A DNA stretch of 64,000 bases from Eledone cirrhosa (lineage: Eukaryota): the NCBI GenBank assembly GCA_964016885.1, contig OZ024743.1:141670001-141734000 (forward strand), written 5' to 3'. The position numbers were made by a program, and so were the translations under genes. Of this stretch, positions 50,201 through 63,192 are shown one piece after another; within the stretch, counting starts at the first letter, position 1, and the number at the start of each line of letters is the position of its first letter. Below the pieces are notes generated by a model. That model made no database searches, had not been told where the DNA came from, and was given only the letters and a program-made list of their open reading frames with translations.

Positions 50201-53200
50201 GGTTTGGTGTTTGGTGCTTGGGGTTTGGTGTTTGGTGCTTGGTGCTTGCTGCTTGGTGCTTGGTGTTTGGTGCTTGGTGCTTGGTGTTTGGTGTTTGGTG
50301 CTTGGGGCTTGGTGTTTGGTGCTTGGTGCTTGGAGTTTGGTGCTTGGTGCTTGGTGTTTGGAGTTTGGTGCTTGGTGCTTGGTGCCTGGTGCTTGTTGTT
50401 TGGTGTTTGGTGCTTAGTGGTTGGTGTTTGGTGTTTGGTGCTTGGTGCTTGGTGGCTGGTGTTTGGTGCTTGGTGTTTGGAGTTTGGTGTTTGGTGCTTG
50501 GTGACTGGTGTTTCGTGCTTGGTGCTTGGTGCTTGGTGTCTGGTGTTTGGTGCTTGGTGTTTGGTGTTTGGTACTTGGTGCTTGGTGCTTGGTGCTTGGT
50601 GTTTGGTGCTTGTTGTTTGATGCTGCGTGCTTGGTGTTTGGTGTTTGGTGCTTGGTGCTTGGTGTTTGGTATTTGGAGCTTGGTGCCTGGTGCTTGTTGT
50701 TTGGTGTTTTGTGCTTGGTGCTTGGTGTTTGGTGTTTGGCGTTTGGTGCTTGGTGCTTGGTATCTGGTTTTTGGTGCTTGATGTTTGGTGTTTGGTGCTT
50801 GGTGCTTGGTGCTTGGTGTTTGGTGTTTGGTGCTTGGTGCTTGGTGTTTGGTGCTTGGTGTTTGGTGTTTCGTGTTTGATGCTTGGTGTTTGCTGCTTGG
50901 TGCTTGGTGCTTGGTGTTTTGTGTTTGGTGCTTGGTGCTTGGTGCCTGCTGCTTGGTGCTTGGTGCTTGTTGTTTGGTGCTTGGTGCTTGGTGATTAGTG
51001 TTTGGTGCTTGGTGCTTGGTGCTTGGTGTTTGGTGCTTGGTGCTTGGTGTTTGGTGCTTGGTGCTTGGTGTTTGGTGTTTGGCGTTTGCTGTTTGCTGTT
51101 TGGTGTTTGGTGTTTGCTGTTTGGTGTTTGCTGTTTGGTGTTTGGTGTTTGGTGCTTGCTGTTTGGTGCTTGGTGCTTGGTGTTTGGTGTTTGGTGTTTG
51201 GTGCTTGGTGCTTGGTGTTTGGTGCTTGGTGCTTGGTGCTGGGTGTTTGGTGCTTGGTGCTTGGTGTTTGGTGCTTGGTGCTTGGTGCCTGGTGTTTGGT
51301 CCTTGGTGCTTGGTGCTTGGTGCTTGGTGCTTGCTGTTTGGTGTTTGGTGTTTGGTTCTTGGTGCTTGGTGTTTGGTGTTTGGTGTTTGGTGCTTGGTGC
51401 TTGGTGCTTGGTGTTTGGTGCTTGGTGCTTGGTGATTAGTGTTTGGTGATTGGTGCTTGGGGTTTGGTGTTTGGTGCTTGGTGTTTGGTGCTTGGTGCTT
51501 GCTGTTTGGTGTTTGGTGTTTGGTTCTTGGTGCTTGGTGTTTGGTGTTTGGTGTTTGGTGCTTGGTGCTTGGTGCTTGGTGTTTGGTGCTTGGTGCTTGG
51601 TGCTTGGTGTTTGGTGCTGCGTGCTTGGTGTTTGGTGTTTGGTGCTTGGTGCCTGGGGCTTGTTGTTTGGTGTTTGGTGCTTAGTGCTTGGTGTTTGGTG
51701 TTTGGTGCTTGGTGCTTGGTGGCTGGTGCTTGGTGCTTGGTGTTTGGAGTTTGGTGCTTGGTGCTTGGTGCCTGGTGTTTCGTGCTTGTTGCTTGGTGCT
51801 TGGTGTTTGGTGTTTGGTGTTTGGTGTTTGGTGTTTGGTACTTGGTGCTTGGTGCTTGGTGTTTGGTGCTTGGTGTTTGGTGATTGGTGCTTGGTGCTTG
51901 GTGCTTGGTGCTTGGTGTTAGGTGTTTGGTCCTTGGTGCTTGTTGTTTGGTGTTTTGTGCTTGGTGCTTGGCGTTTGGTGTTTGGCGCTAGGGGCTTGGT
52001 GCTTGATGCTTGGTGTTTGGTGCTTGGTGCTTGCTGTTTGGTGTTTGGTGCTTGGTGCGTGGGACTTAGTGTTTGGTGTTTGGTGTTTGGTGTTTGGTGC
52101 TTGGTGTTTGGTGCTTGGTGCTTGGTGTTTGGTGTTTGGTGCTTAGTGCTTGGGGCTTGGTGTTTGGTGCTTGGTGTTTGGTGTTTGGTGCTTGGTGCTT
52201 GGTGTTTGGCGCTTGGTGCTTGGTGCTTGGTGTTTGGTGCTTGGTGCTTGGTGCTTGGTGCTTGGTGATTAGTGTTTGGTGCTTGGTGCTTGGTGCCTGG
52301 TGCTTGGTGCTTGGTGCTTGTTGTTCGGTGCTTGGTGTTTGGTGCTTGGTGTTTGGTGCTTGGTGCTTGGTGCTTGGTGTTTGATGTTGGGTCCTTGGTG
52401 CTTGGTGCTTGGTGTTTGGTGCTTGGTGTTTGGTGCTTGGTGCTTGATGTTTGGTGTTTGGTTCTTGGTGCTTGGTGTTTGGTGTTTGGTGTTTGGTGCT
52501 TGGTGCTTGGTGCTTGGTGTTTGGTGCTTGGTGCATGGTGCTTGTTGCTGCGTGCTTGGTGTTTGGTGTTTGGTGCTTGGTGCCTGGTGCTTGTTGTTTG
52601 GTGTTTGGTGCTTAATGCTTGGTGTTTGGTGTTTGGTGCTTGGTGCTTGGTGGCTGGTGTTTGGTGCTTGGTGTTTGGAGTTTGCTGCTTGGTGCTTGGT
52701 GCCTGGTGTTTCGTGCTTGGTGCTTGGTGCTTGGTGTTTCGTGTTTGGTGCTTGGTGTTTGGTGCTTGGTGCTTGGTGCTTGGTGTTTGGTGCTTGGTGT
52801 TTGATGCTGCGTGCTTGGTGTTTGGTGTTTGGTGCTTGGTGCTTGGTGTTTGGTGTTTGGAGCTTGGTGCCTGGTGCTTGTTGTTTGGTGTTTGGTGCTT
52901 GGTGCTTGGTGATTGGTTTTTGGTGCTTGGTGCTTAGTGCTTGGTATCTGGTGTTTGGTGCTTGATGTTTGGTGTTTGGTGCTTGCTGCTTGGCGCTTGG
53001 TGTTTGGTGTTTGGTGCTTGGTGCTTGGTGTTTGGTGCTTGGTGTTTGTTGTTTTGTGTTTAGTGTTTGGTGTTTGGTACCTGGTGCTTGGTGCTTGGTG
53101 CTTGTTGTTTGGTGCTTGGTGCTTGGTGATTAGTGTTTGGTGCTTGGTGCTTGCGGTTTGGTGTTTGGTGCTTGGGGTTTGGTGTTTGCTGCTTGGTGCT

Positions 53201-56200
53201 TGGTGTTTGGTGCTTTGTGCTTGGTGCTTGGTGTTTGGTGCTTGGTGCTTGGAGTTTGGTGCTTGGTGCTTGGTGTTTGGTGTTTGGCATTTGCTGTTTG
53301 CTGTTTGCTTTTTGGTGTTTGCTGTTTGCTGTTTGCTGTTTGGTGTTTGCTGTTTGGTGCTTGATGTTTGGTGCTTGGTGCTTGGCGTTTGGTGTTTGGT
53401 GTTTGGTGCTTGGTGCTTGGTGTTTGGTGCTTGGTGCTTGGTGCTGGGTGTTTGGTGCTTGGTGCTTGGTGTTTGGTGCTTGGTGCTTGTTGCTTGGTGT
53501 TTGGTCCTTGGTGCTTGGTGCTTGGGTTTTGGTGTTTGGTGCTTGCTGTTTGGTGCTTGCTCTTTGGTGCTTGGTGCTTGGTGATTCGTGTTTGGTGATT
53601 GGTGCTTGGGATTTGGTGTTTGGTGCTTGGTGTTTGGTGCTTGGTGCTTGCTGTTTGGTGTTTGGTGTTTGGTTTTGGTGCTTGGTGTTTGATGTTTGGT
53701 GTTTGGTGCTTGGTGCTTGGTGTTTGGTGCTGCGTGCTTGGTGTTTGGTGTTTGGTGCTTGGTGCCTGGTGCTTGTTGTTTGGTGTTTGGTGCTTAGTGC
53801 TTGGTGTTTGGTGTTTGGTGCTTGGTGGCTGGTGCTTGGTGCTTGGTGTTTCGTGCTTGGGGCTTGGTGCTTGGTGTTTGGTGTTTGGTGCTTGGTGTTT
53901 GGTGTTTGGTACTTGGTGCTTGGTGCTTGGTGCTTGGTGTTTGGTGCTTGGTGTTTGATGCTGCGTGCTTGATGTTTGGTGTTTGGTGCTTGGTACTTGG
54001 TGCTTGGTGTTTGGTGTTTGGTGCTTGGTGCTTGGTGTTTGGTGCTTGGTGTTTGGTGTTTGGTGTTTGATGCTTGGTGTTTGCTGCTTGGTGCTTGGTG
54101 CTTGGTGTTTTGTGTTTGGTGCTTGGTACTTGGTGATTAGTGTTTGGTGCTTGGTGCTTGCGGTTTGGTGTTTGGTGCTTGGGGTTTGGTGTTTGGTGCT
54201 TGGTGCTTGCTGCTTGGTGCTTGGTGTTTGGTGCTTGGTGCTTGGTGTTTGGTGTTTGGTGCTTGGGGTTTGGTGTTTGGTGCTTGGTGCTTGGAGTTTG
54301 GTGCTTGGTGCTTGGTGTTTGGAGTTTGGTGCTTGGTGCTTGGTGCCTGGTGCTTGTTGTTTGGTGTTTGGTGCTTAGTGGTTGGTGTTTGGTGTTTGGT
54401 GCTTGGTGCTTGGTGGCTGGTGTTTGGTGCTTGGTGTTTGGAGTTTGGTGTTTGGTGCTTGGTGCCTGGTGTTTCGTGCTTGGTGCTTGGTGCTTGGTGT
54501 CTGGTGTTTGGTGCTTGGTGTTTGGTGTTTGGTACTTGGTGCTTGGTGCTTGGTGCTTGGTGTTTGGTGCTTGGTGTTTGATGCTGCGTGCTTGGTGTTT
54601 GGTGTTTGGTGTTTGGTGCTTGGTGTTTGGTATTTGGAGCTTGGTGCCTGGTGCTTGTTGTTTGGTGTTTTGTGCTTGGTGCTTGGTGTTTGGTGTTTGG
54701 CGTTTGGTGCTTGGTGCTTGGTATCTGGTTTTTGGTGCTTGATGTTTGGTGTTTGGTGCTTGGTGCTTGGTGCTTGGTGTTTGGTGTTTGGTGCTTGGTG
54801 CTTGGTGTTTGGTGCTTGGTGTTTGGTGTTTCGTGTTTGATGCTTGGTGTTTGCTGCTTGGTGCTTGGTGCTTGGTGTTTTGTGTTTGGTGCTTGGTGCT
54901 TGGTGCCTGCTGCTTGGTGCTTGGTGCTTGTTGTTTGGTGCTTGGTGCTTGGTGATTAGTGTTTGGTGCTTGGTGCTTGGTGCTTGGTGTTTGGTGCTTG
55001 GTGCTTGGTGTTTGGTGCTTGGTGCTTGGTGTTTGGTGTTTGGCGTTTGCTGTTTGCTGTTTGGTGTTTGGTGTTTGCTGTTTGGTGTTTGCTGTTTGGT
55101 GTTTGGTGTTTGGTGCTTGCTGTTTGGTGCTTGGTGCTTGGTGTTTGGTGTTTGGTGTTTGGTGCTTGGTGCTTGGTGTTTGGTGCTTGGTGCTTGGTGC
55201 TGGGTGTTTGGTGCTTGGTGCTTGGTGTTTTGTGTTTGGAGTTTGGTGCTTGGTGTTTGGTGCTTCGGGCTTGGTGCTTGGTGTTTGGTGCTTGGTGCTT
55301 GGTGTTTGGTGCTTGGTGCCTGGTGCTTGGTGTTTGGTGCTTGGTGCTTGGTGTTTGGTGATTGGTGCTTGGTGTTTGGTGCTTGGTGCTTGGTGCCTGG
55401 TGCTTGGTGTTAGGTGTTTGGTGCTTGGTGCTTGGTGTTTGATGTTTGGTCCTTGGTGCTTGGTGTTTGGTGTTTGGTGCTTGGTGTTTGGTGTTTGGTG
55501 TTCGGTGCTTGGTGCTTGGTGTTTGGTGCTTGCTGCCTGCTGCATGGGTTTTGGTGCTTGGTGATTGGTGCTTGGTGTTTTGCGCTTGGTGCTTGGTGTT
55601 TGGTGTTTGGTGTTTGGTGCTTGGTGCTTGGTGCTTGGTGCTTGGTGTTTGGTGCTGCGTGCTTGGTGTTTGGTGTCTGGAGTTTGGTGCTTGGTGCTTG
55701 GTGCCTGGTGTTTCGTGCTTGGTGCTTGGGGCTTGGTGTTTGGTGTTTGGTGCTTGGTGTTTGGTGCTTGGTGCCTGGTGCTTGGTGTTTGGTGCTTGGA
55801 GCTTGGTGTTTGGTGATTGGTGCTTGGTGTTTGGTGATTGGTGCTTGATGCTTGGTTCTTGGCGTTAGGTGTTTGGTGCTTGGTGCTTGGTGTCTGGAGT
55901 TTGGTGCTTGGTGCTTGGTGCTTGGTGTTTCGTGCTTGGTGCTTGGGGCTTGGTGTTTGGTGTTTGGTGCTTGGTGTTTGGTGCTTGGTGCCTGGTGCTT
56001 GGTGTTTGGTGCTTGGAGCTTGGTGTTTGGTGATTGGTGCTTGGTGTTTGGTGATTGGTGCTTGATGCTTGGTTCTTGGCGTTAGGTGTTTGGTGCTTGG
56101 TGCTTGGTGTTTGATGTTTGGTCCTTGGTGCTTGGTGTTTGGTGTTTGGTGCTTGGTGCTTGTTGTTTGGTGTTTGGTGCTTGCTGCTTGCTGCTTGGTG

Positions 56201-59200
56201 TTTGGTGCTTGGTGTTTTGTGCTTGATGCTTGGTGTTTGTTGTTTGGTGCTAGGGGCTTAGTGCTTGGTGCTTGGTGTTTGGTGCTTGGTGCTTGCTGTT
56301 TGGTGTTTGGTGCTTGGTGCGTGGGACTTAGTGTTTGGTGTTTGGTGCCTGGTGTTTGGTGCTTGGTGTTTGGGGCTTGGTGTTCGGTGCTTGGTGCCTG
56401 GTGCTTGGGGCTTGGTGTTTGGTGTTTGGTGCTTGGTGCTTGGTGTTTGATGTTGGGTCCTTGGTGCTTGGTGCTTGGTGTTTGGTGCTTGGTGTTTGGT
56501 GCTTGGTGCTTGATGTTTGGTGTTTGGTTCTTGGTGCTTGGTGTTTGGTGTTTGGTGTTTGGTGCTTGGTGCTTGGTGCTTGGTGTTTGGTGCTTGGTGC
56601 ATGGTGCTTGGTGCTGCGTGCTTGGTGTTTGGTGTTTGGTGCTTGGTGCCTGGTGCTTGTTGTTTGGTGTTTGGTGCTTAATGCTTGGTGTTTGGTGTTT
56701 GGTGCTTGGTGCTTGGTGGCTGGTGTTTGGTGCTTGGTGTTTGGAGTTTGCTGCTTGGTGCTTGGTGCCTGGTGTTTGGTGCTTGGTGCTTGGTGCTTGG
56801 TGTTTCGTGTTTGGTGCTTGGTGTTTGGTGCTTGGTGCTTGGTGCTTGGTGCTTGGTGTTTGGTGCTTGGTGTTTGATGCTGCGTGCTTGGTGTTTGGTG
56901 TTTGGTGCTTGGTGCTTGGTGTTTGGTGTTTGGAGCTTGGTGCCTGGTGCTTGTTGTTTGGTGTTTGGTGCTTGGTGCTTGGTGATTGGTTTTTGGTGCT
57001 TGGTGCTTAGTGCTTGGTATCTGGTGTTTGGTGCTTGATGTTTGGTGTTTGGTGCTTGCTGCTTGGCGCTTGGTGTTTGGTGTTTGGTGCTTGGTGCTTG
57101 GTGTTTGGTGCTTGGTGTTTGTTGTTTTGTGTTTGGTGTTTGGTGTTTGGTACCTGGTGCTTGGTGCTTGGTGCTTGTTGTTTGGTGCTTGGTGCTTGGT
57201 GATTAGTGTTTGGTGCTTGGTGCTTGCGGTTTGGTGTTTGGTGCTTGGGGTTTGGTGTTTGCTGCTTGGTGCTTGGTGTTTGGTGCTTTGTGCTTGGTGC
57301 TTGGTGTTTGGTGCTTGGTGCTTGGAGTTTGGTGCTTGGTGCTTGGTGTTTGGTGTTTGGCATTTGCTGTTTGCTGTTTGCTTTTTGGTGTTTGCTGTTT
57401 GCTGTTTGCTGTTTGGTGTTTGCTGTTTGGTGCTTGATGTTTGGTGCTTGGTGCTTGGCGTTTGGTGTTTGGTGTTTGGTGCTTGGTGCTTGGTGTTTGG
57501 TGCTTGGTGCTTGGTGCTGGGTGTTTGGTGCTTGGTGCTTGGTGTTTGGTGCTTGGTGCTTGTTGCTTGGTGTTTGGTCCTTGGTGCTTGGTGCTTGGGT
57601 TTTGGTGTTTGGTGCTTGCTGTTTGGTGCTTGCTCTTTGGTGCTTGGTGCTTGGTGATTCGTGTTTGGTGATTGGTGCTTGGGATTTGGTGTTTGGTGCT
57701 TGGTGTTTGGTGCTTGGTGCTTGCTGTTTGGTGTTTGGTGTTTGGTTTTGGTGCTTGGTGTTTGATGTTTGGTGTTTGGTGCTTGGTGCTTGGTGTTTGG
57801 TGCTGCGTGCTTGGTGTTTGGTGTTTGGTGCTTAGTGCTTGGTGTTTGGTGTTTGGTGCTTGGTGGCTGGTGCTTGGTGCTTGGTGTTTCGTGCTTGGGG
57901 CTTGGTGCTTGGTGTTTGGTGTTTGGTGCTTGGTGTTTGGTGTTTGGTACTTGGTGCTTGGTGCTTGGTGCTTGGTGTTTGGTGCTTGGTGTTTGATGCT
58001 GCGTGCTTGATGTTTGGTGTTTGGTGCTTGGTACTTGGTGCTTGGTGTTTGGTGTTTGGTGCTTGGTGCTTGGTGTTTGGTGCTTGGTGTTTGGTGTTTG
58101 GTGTTTGATGCTTGGTGTTTGCTGCTTGGTGCTTGGTGCTTGGTGTTTTGTGTTTGGTGCTTGGTACTTGGTGATTAGTGTTTGGTGCTTGGTGCTTGCG
58201 GTTTGGTGTTTGGTGCTTGGGGTTTGGTGTTTGGTGCTTGGTGCTTGCTGCTTGGTGCTTGGTGTTTGGTGCTTGGTGCTTGGTGTTTGGTGTTTGGTGC
58301 TTGGGGCTTAGTGTTTGGTGCTTGGTGCTTGGAGTTTGGTGCTTGGTGCTTGGTGTTTGGAGTTTGGTGCTTGGTGCTTGGTGCCTGGTGCTTGTTGTTT
58401 GGTGTTTGGTGCTTAGTGGTTGGTGTTTGGTGTTTGGTGCTTGGTGCTTGGTGGCTGGTGTTTGGTGCTTGGTGTTTGGAGTTTGGTGTTTGGTGCTTGG
58501 TGACTGGTGTTTCGTGCTTGGTGCTTGGTGCTTGGTGTCTGGTGTTTGGTGCTTGGTGTTTGGTGTTTGGTACTTGGTGCTTGGTGCTTGGTGCTTGGTG
58601 TTTGGTGCTTGGTGTTTGATGCTGCGTGCTTGGTGTTTGGTGTTTGGTGCTTGGTGCTTGGTGTTTGGTATTTGGAGCTTGGTGCCTGGTGCTTGTTGTT
58701 TGGTGTTTTGTGCTTGGTGCTTGGTGTTTGGTGTTTGGCGTTTGGTGCTTGGTGCTTGGTATCTGGTTTTTGGTGCTTGATGTTTGGTGTTTGGTGCTTG
58801 GTGCTTGGTGCTTGGTGTTTGGTGTTTGGTGCTTGGTGCTTGGTGTTTGGTGCTTGGTGTTTGGTGTTTCGTGTTTGATGCTTGGTGTTTGCTGCTTGGT
58901 GCTTGGTGCTTGGTGTTTTGTGTTTGGTGCTTGGTGCTTGGTGCCTGCTGCTTGGTGCTTGGTGCTTGTTGTTTGGTGCTTGGTGCTTGGTGATTAGTGT
59001 TTGGTGCTTGGTGCTTGGTGCTTGGTGTTTGGTGCTTGGTGCTTGGTGTTTGGTGCTTGGTGCTTGGTGTTTGGTGTTTGGCGTTTGCTGTTTGCTGTTT
59101 GGTGTTTGGTGTTTGCTGTTTGGTGTTTGCTGTTTGGTGCTTGGTGCTTGGTGTTTGGTGTTTGGTGTTTGGTGCTTGGTGCTTGGTGTTTGGTGCTTGG

Positions 59201-62200
59201 TGCTTGGTGCTGGGTGTTTGGTGCTTGGTGCTTGGTGTTTGGTGCTTGGTGCTTGGTGCCTGGTGTTTGGTCCTTGGTGCTTGGTGCTTGGTGCCTGGTG
59301 CTTGCTGTTTGGTGTTTGGTGTTTGGTTCTTGGTGCTTGGTGTTTGGTGTTTGGTGTTTGGTGCTTGGTGCTTGGTGCTTGGTGTTTGGTGCTTGGTGCT
59401 TGGTGATTAGTGTTTGGTGATTGGTGCTTGGGGTTTGGTGTTTGGTGCTTGGTGTTTGGTGCTTGGTGCTTGCTGTTTGGTGTTTGGTGTTTGGTTCTTG
59501 GTGCTTGGTGTTTGGTGTTTGGTGTTTGGTGCTTGGTGCTTGGTGCTTGGTGTTTGGTGCTTGGTGCTTGGTGCTTGGTGTTTGGTGCTGCGTGCTTGGT
59601 GTTTGGTGTTTGGTGCTTGGTGCCTGGGGCTTGTTGTTTGGTGTTTGGTGCTTAGTGCTTGGTGTTTGGTGTTTGGTGCTTGGTGCTTGGTGGCTGGTGC
59701 TTGGTGCTTGGTGTTTGGAGTTTGGTGCTTGGTGCTTGGTGCCTGGTGTTTCGTGCTTGTTGCTTGGTGCTTGGTGTTTGGTGTTTGGTGTTTGGTGTTT
59801 GGTGTTTGGTACTTGGTGCTTGGTGCTTGGTGTTTGGTGCTTGGTGTTTGGTGATTGGTGCTTGGTGCTTGGTGCTTGGTGCTTGGTGTTAGGTGTTTGG
59901 TCCTTGGTGCTTGTTGTTTGGTGTTTTGTGCTTGGTGCTTGGCGTTTGGTGTTTGGCGCTAGGGGCTTGGTGCTTGATGCTTGGTGTTTGGTGCTTGGTG
60001 CTTGCTGTTTGGTGTTTGGTGCTTGGTGCGTGGGACTTAGTGTTTGGTGTTTGGTGTTTGGTGTTTGGTGCTTGGTGTTTGGTGCTTGGTGCTTGGTGTT
60101 TGGTGTTTGGTGCTTAGTGCTTGGGGCTTGGTGTTTGGTGCTTGGTGTTTGGTGTTTGGTGCTTGGTGCTTGGTGTTTGGCGCTTGGTGCTTGGTGCTTG
60201 GTGTTTGGTGCTTGGTGCTTGGTGCTTGGTGCTTGGTGATTAGTGTTTGGTGCTTGGTGCTTGGTGCCTGGTGCTTGGTGCTTGGTGCTTGTTGTTCGGT
60301 GCTTGGTGTTTGGTGCTTGGTGTTTGGTGCTTGGTGCTTGGTGCTTGGTGTTTGATGTTGGGTCCTTGGTGCTTGGTGCTTGGTGTTTGGTGCTTGGTGT
60401 TTGGTGCTTGGTGCTTGATGTTTGGTGTTTGGTTCTTGGTGCTTGGTGTTTGGTGTTTGGTGTTTGGTGCTTGGTGCTTGGTGCTTGGTGTTTGGTGCTT
60501 GGTGCATGGTGCTTGTTGCTGCGTGCTTGGTGTTTGGTGTTTGGTGCTTGGTGCCTGGTGCTTGTTGTTTGGTGTTTGGTGCTTAATGCTTGGTGTTTGG
60601 TGTTTGGTGCTTGGTGCTTGGTGGCTGGTGTTTGGTGCTTGGTGTTTGGAGTTTGCTGCTTGGTGCTTGGTGCCTGGTGTTTCGTGCTTGGTGCTTGGTG
60701 CTTGGTGTTTCGTGTTTGGTGCTTGGTGTTTGGTGCTTGGTGCTTGGTGCTTGGTGTTTGGTGCTTGGTGTTTGATGCTGCGTGCTTGGTGTTTGGTGTT
60801 TGGTGCTTGGTGCTTGGTGTTTGGTGTTTGGAGCTTGGTGCCTGGTGCTTGTTGTTTGGTGTTTGGTGCTTGGTGCTTGGTGATTGGTTTTTGGTGCTTG
60901 GTGCTTAGTGCTTGGTATCTGGTGTTTGGTGCTTGATGTTTGGTGTTTGGTGCTTGCTGCTTGGCGCTTGGTGTTTGGTGTTTGGTGCTTGGTGCTTGGT
61001 GTTTGGTGCTTGGTGTTTGTTGTTTTGTGTTTAGTGTTTGGTGTTTGGTACCTGGTGCTTGGTGCTTGGTGCTTGTTGTTTGGTGCTTGGTGCTTGGTGA
61101 TTAGTGTTTGGTGCTTGGTGCTTGCGGTTTGGTGTTTGGTGCTTGGGGTTTGGTGTTTGCTGCTTGGTGCTTGGTGTTTGGTGCTTTGTGCTTGGTGCTT
61201 GGTGTTTGGTGCTTGGTGCTTGGAGTTTGGTGCTTGGTGCTTGGTGTTTGGTGTTTGGCATTTGCTGTTTGCTGTTTGCTTTTTGGTGTTTGCTGTTTGC
61301 TGTTTGCTGTTTGGTGTTTGCTGTTTGGTGCTTGATGTTTGGTGCTTGGTGCTTGGCGTTTGGTGTTTGGTGTTTGGTGCTTGGTGCTTGGTGTTTGGTG
61401 CTTGGTGCTTGGTGCTGGGTGTTTGGTGCTTGGTGCTTGGTGTTTGGTGCTTGGTGCTTGTTGCTTGGTGTTTGGTCCTTGGTGCTTGGTGCTTGGGTTT
61501 TGGTGTTTGGTGCTTGCTGTTTGGTGCTTGCTCTTTGGTGCTTGGTGCTTGGTGATTCGTGTTTGGTGATTGGTGCTTGGGATTTGGTGTTTGGTGCTTG
61601 GTGTTTGGTGCTTGGTGCTTGCTGTTTGGTGTTTGGTGTTTGGTTTTGGTGCTTGGTGTTTGATGTTTGGTGTTTGGTGCTTGGTGCTTGGTGTTTGGTG
61701 CTGCGTGCTTGGTGTTTGGTGTTTGGTGCTTGGTGCCTGGTGCTTGTTGTTTGGTGTTTGGTGCTTAGTGCTTGGTGTTTGGTGTTTGGTGCTTGGTGGC
61801 TGGTGCTTGGTGCTTGGTGTTTCGTGCTTGGGGCTTGGTGCTTGGTGTTTGGTGTTTGGTGCTTGGTGTTTGGTGTTTGGTACTTGGTGCTTGGTGCTTG
61901 GTGCTTGGTGTTTGGTGCTTGGTGTTTGATGCTGCGTGCTTGATGTTTGGTGTTTGGTGCTTGGTACTTGGTGCTTGGTGTTTGGTGTTTGGTGCTTGGT
62001 GCTTGGTGTTTGGTGCTTGGTGTTTGGTGTTTGGTGTTTGATGCTTGGTGTTTGCTGCTTGGTGCTTGGTGCTTGGTGTTTTGTGTTTGGTGCTTGGTAC
62101 TTGGTGATTAGTGTTTGGTGCTTGGTGCTTGCGGTTTGGTGTTTGGTGCTTGGGGTTTGGTGTTTGGTGCTTGGTGCTTGCTGCTTGGTGCTTGGTGTTT

Positions 62201-63192
62201 GGTGCTTGGTGCTTGGTGTTTGGTGTTTGGTGCTTGGGGTTTGGTGTTTGGTGCTTGGTGCTTGGAGTTTGGTGCTTGGTGCTTGGTGTTTGGAGTTTGG
62301 TGCTTGGTGCTTGGTGCCTGGTGCTTGTTGTTTGGTGTTTGGTGCTTAGTGGTTGGTGTTTGGTGTTTGGTGCTTGGTGCTTGGTGGCTGGTGTTTGGTG
62401 CTTGGTGTTTGGAGTTTGGTGTTTGGTGCTTGGTGCCTGGTGTTTCGTGCTTGGTGCTTGGTGCTTGGTGTCTGGTGTTTGGTGCTTGGTGTTTGGTGTT
62501 TGGTACTTGGTGCTTGGTGCTTGGTGCTTGGTGTTTGGTGCTTGGTGTTTGATGCTGCGTGCTTGGTGTTTGGTGTTTGGTGTTTGGTGCTTGGTGTTTG
62601 GTATTTGGAGCTTGGTGCCTGGTGCTTGTTGTTTGGTGTTTTGTGCTTGGTGCTTGGTGTTTGGTGTTTGGCGTTTGGTGCTTGGTGCTTGGTATCTGGT
62701 TTTTGGTGCTTGATGTTTGGTGTTTGGTGCTTGGTGCTTGGTGCTTGGTGTTTGGTGTTTGGTGCTTGGTGCTTGGTGTTTGGTGCTTGGTGTTTGGTGT
62801 TTCGTGTTTGATGCTTGGTGTTTGCTGCTTGGTGCTTGGTGCTTGGTGTTTTGTGTTTGGTGCTTGGTGCTTGGTGCCTGCTGCTTGGTGCTTGGTGCTT
62901 GTTGTTTGGTGCTTGGTGCTTGGTGATTAGTGTTTGGTGCTTGGTGCTTGGTGCTTGGTGTTTGGTGCTTGGTGCTTGGTGTTTGGTGCTTGGTGCTTGG
63001 TGTTTGGTGTTTGGCGTTTGCTGTTTGCTGTTTGGTGTTTGGTGTTTGCTGTTTGGTGTTTGCTGTTTGGTGTTTGGTGTTTGGTGCTTGCTGTTTGGTG
63101 CTTGGTGCTTGGTGTTTGGTGTTTGGTGTTTGGTGCTTGGTGCTTGGTGTTTGGTGCTTGGTGCTTGGTGCTGGGTGTTTGGTGCTTGGTGC
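47223..63192 (+). repeat. ~8.0 kb near-identical tandem duplication (copy 1 ~47223-55221, copy 2 ~55222-63192)
   Basis: ORF pairs 47415/55414, 48070/56069, 50004/58003 and 50883/58882 (7999); 51439/59410, 53133/61104 and 54844/62815 (7971). A 28-bp deletion near 59135 accounts for the change. Only a handful of substitutions seen by eye. Confidence 0.95.
47660..48100 (+). repeat. 217-bp (31-monomer) tandem duplication, inherited by the 8-kb copy at ~55660-56100 and absent from the ~35060 paralog
   Basis: TCTGGAGT at ~47677 and ~47894; ORF starts 47853/48070 and 55852/56069. Confidence 0.88.

Larger units (their letters stand above)
33430..52300 (+). repeat. Large duplication: ~33430-43270 matches ~46080-52300; the first copy is longer by two internal duplications
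   Basis: ORF pairs 33903/46519 and 34799/47415 (12616), 35810/48686 and 36331/49207 (12876), 40575/49673 (9098), 41116/50179 (9063), 42418/51439 and 43052/52073 (9021). 12876 minus 9098 is 3778, which equals 1609 plus 2169. The marker TTAACGC is seen at ~33858 and ~46474. Confidence 0.88.

Noticed and set aside
47223-63192. The 8-kb duplication as a pure assembly artefact
   Set aside because: The copies differ by a 28-bp in-register indel and several substitutions (e.g. ~48779, 49596-49609, ~50613, ~58310, ~59295), which favours a real duplication or two haplotypes. Ultra-long reads are still needed to exclude a haplotype join.
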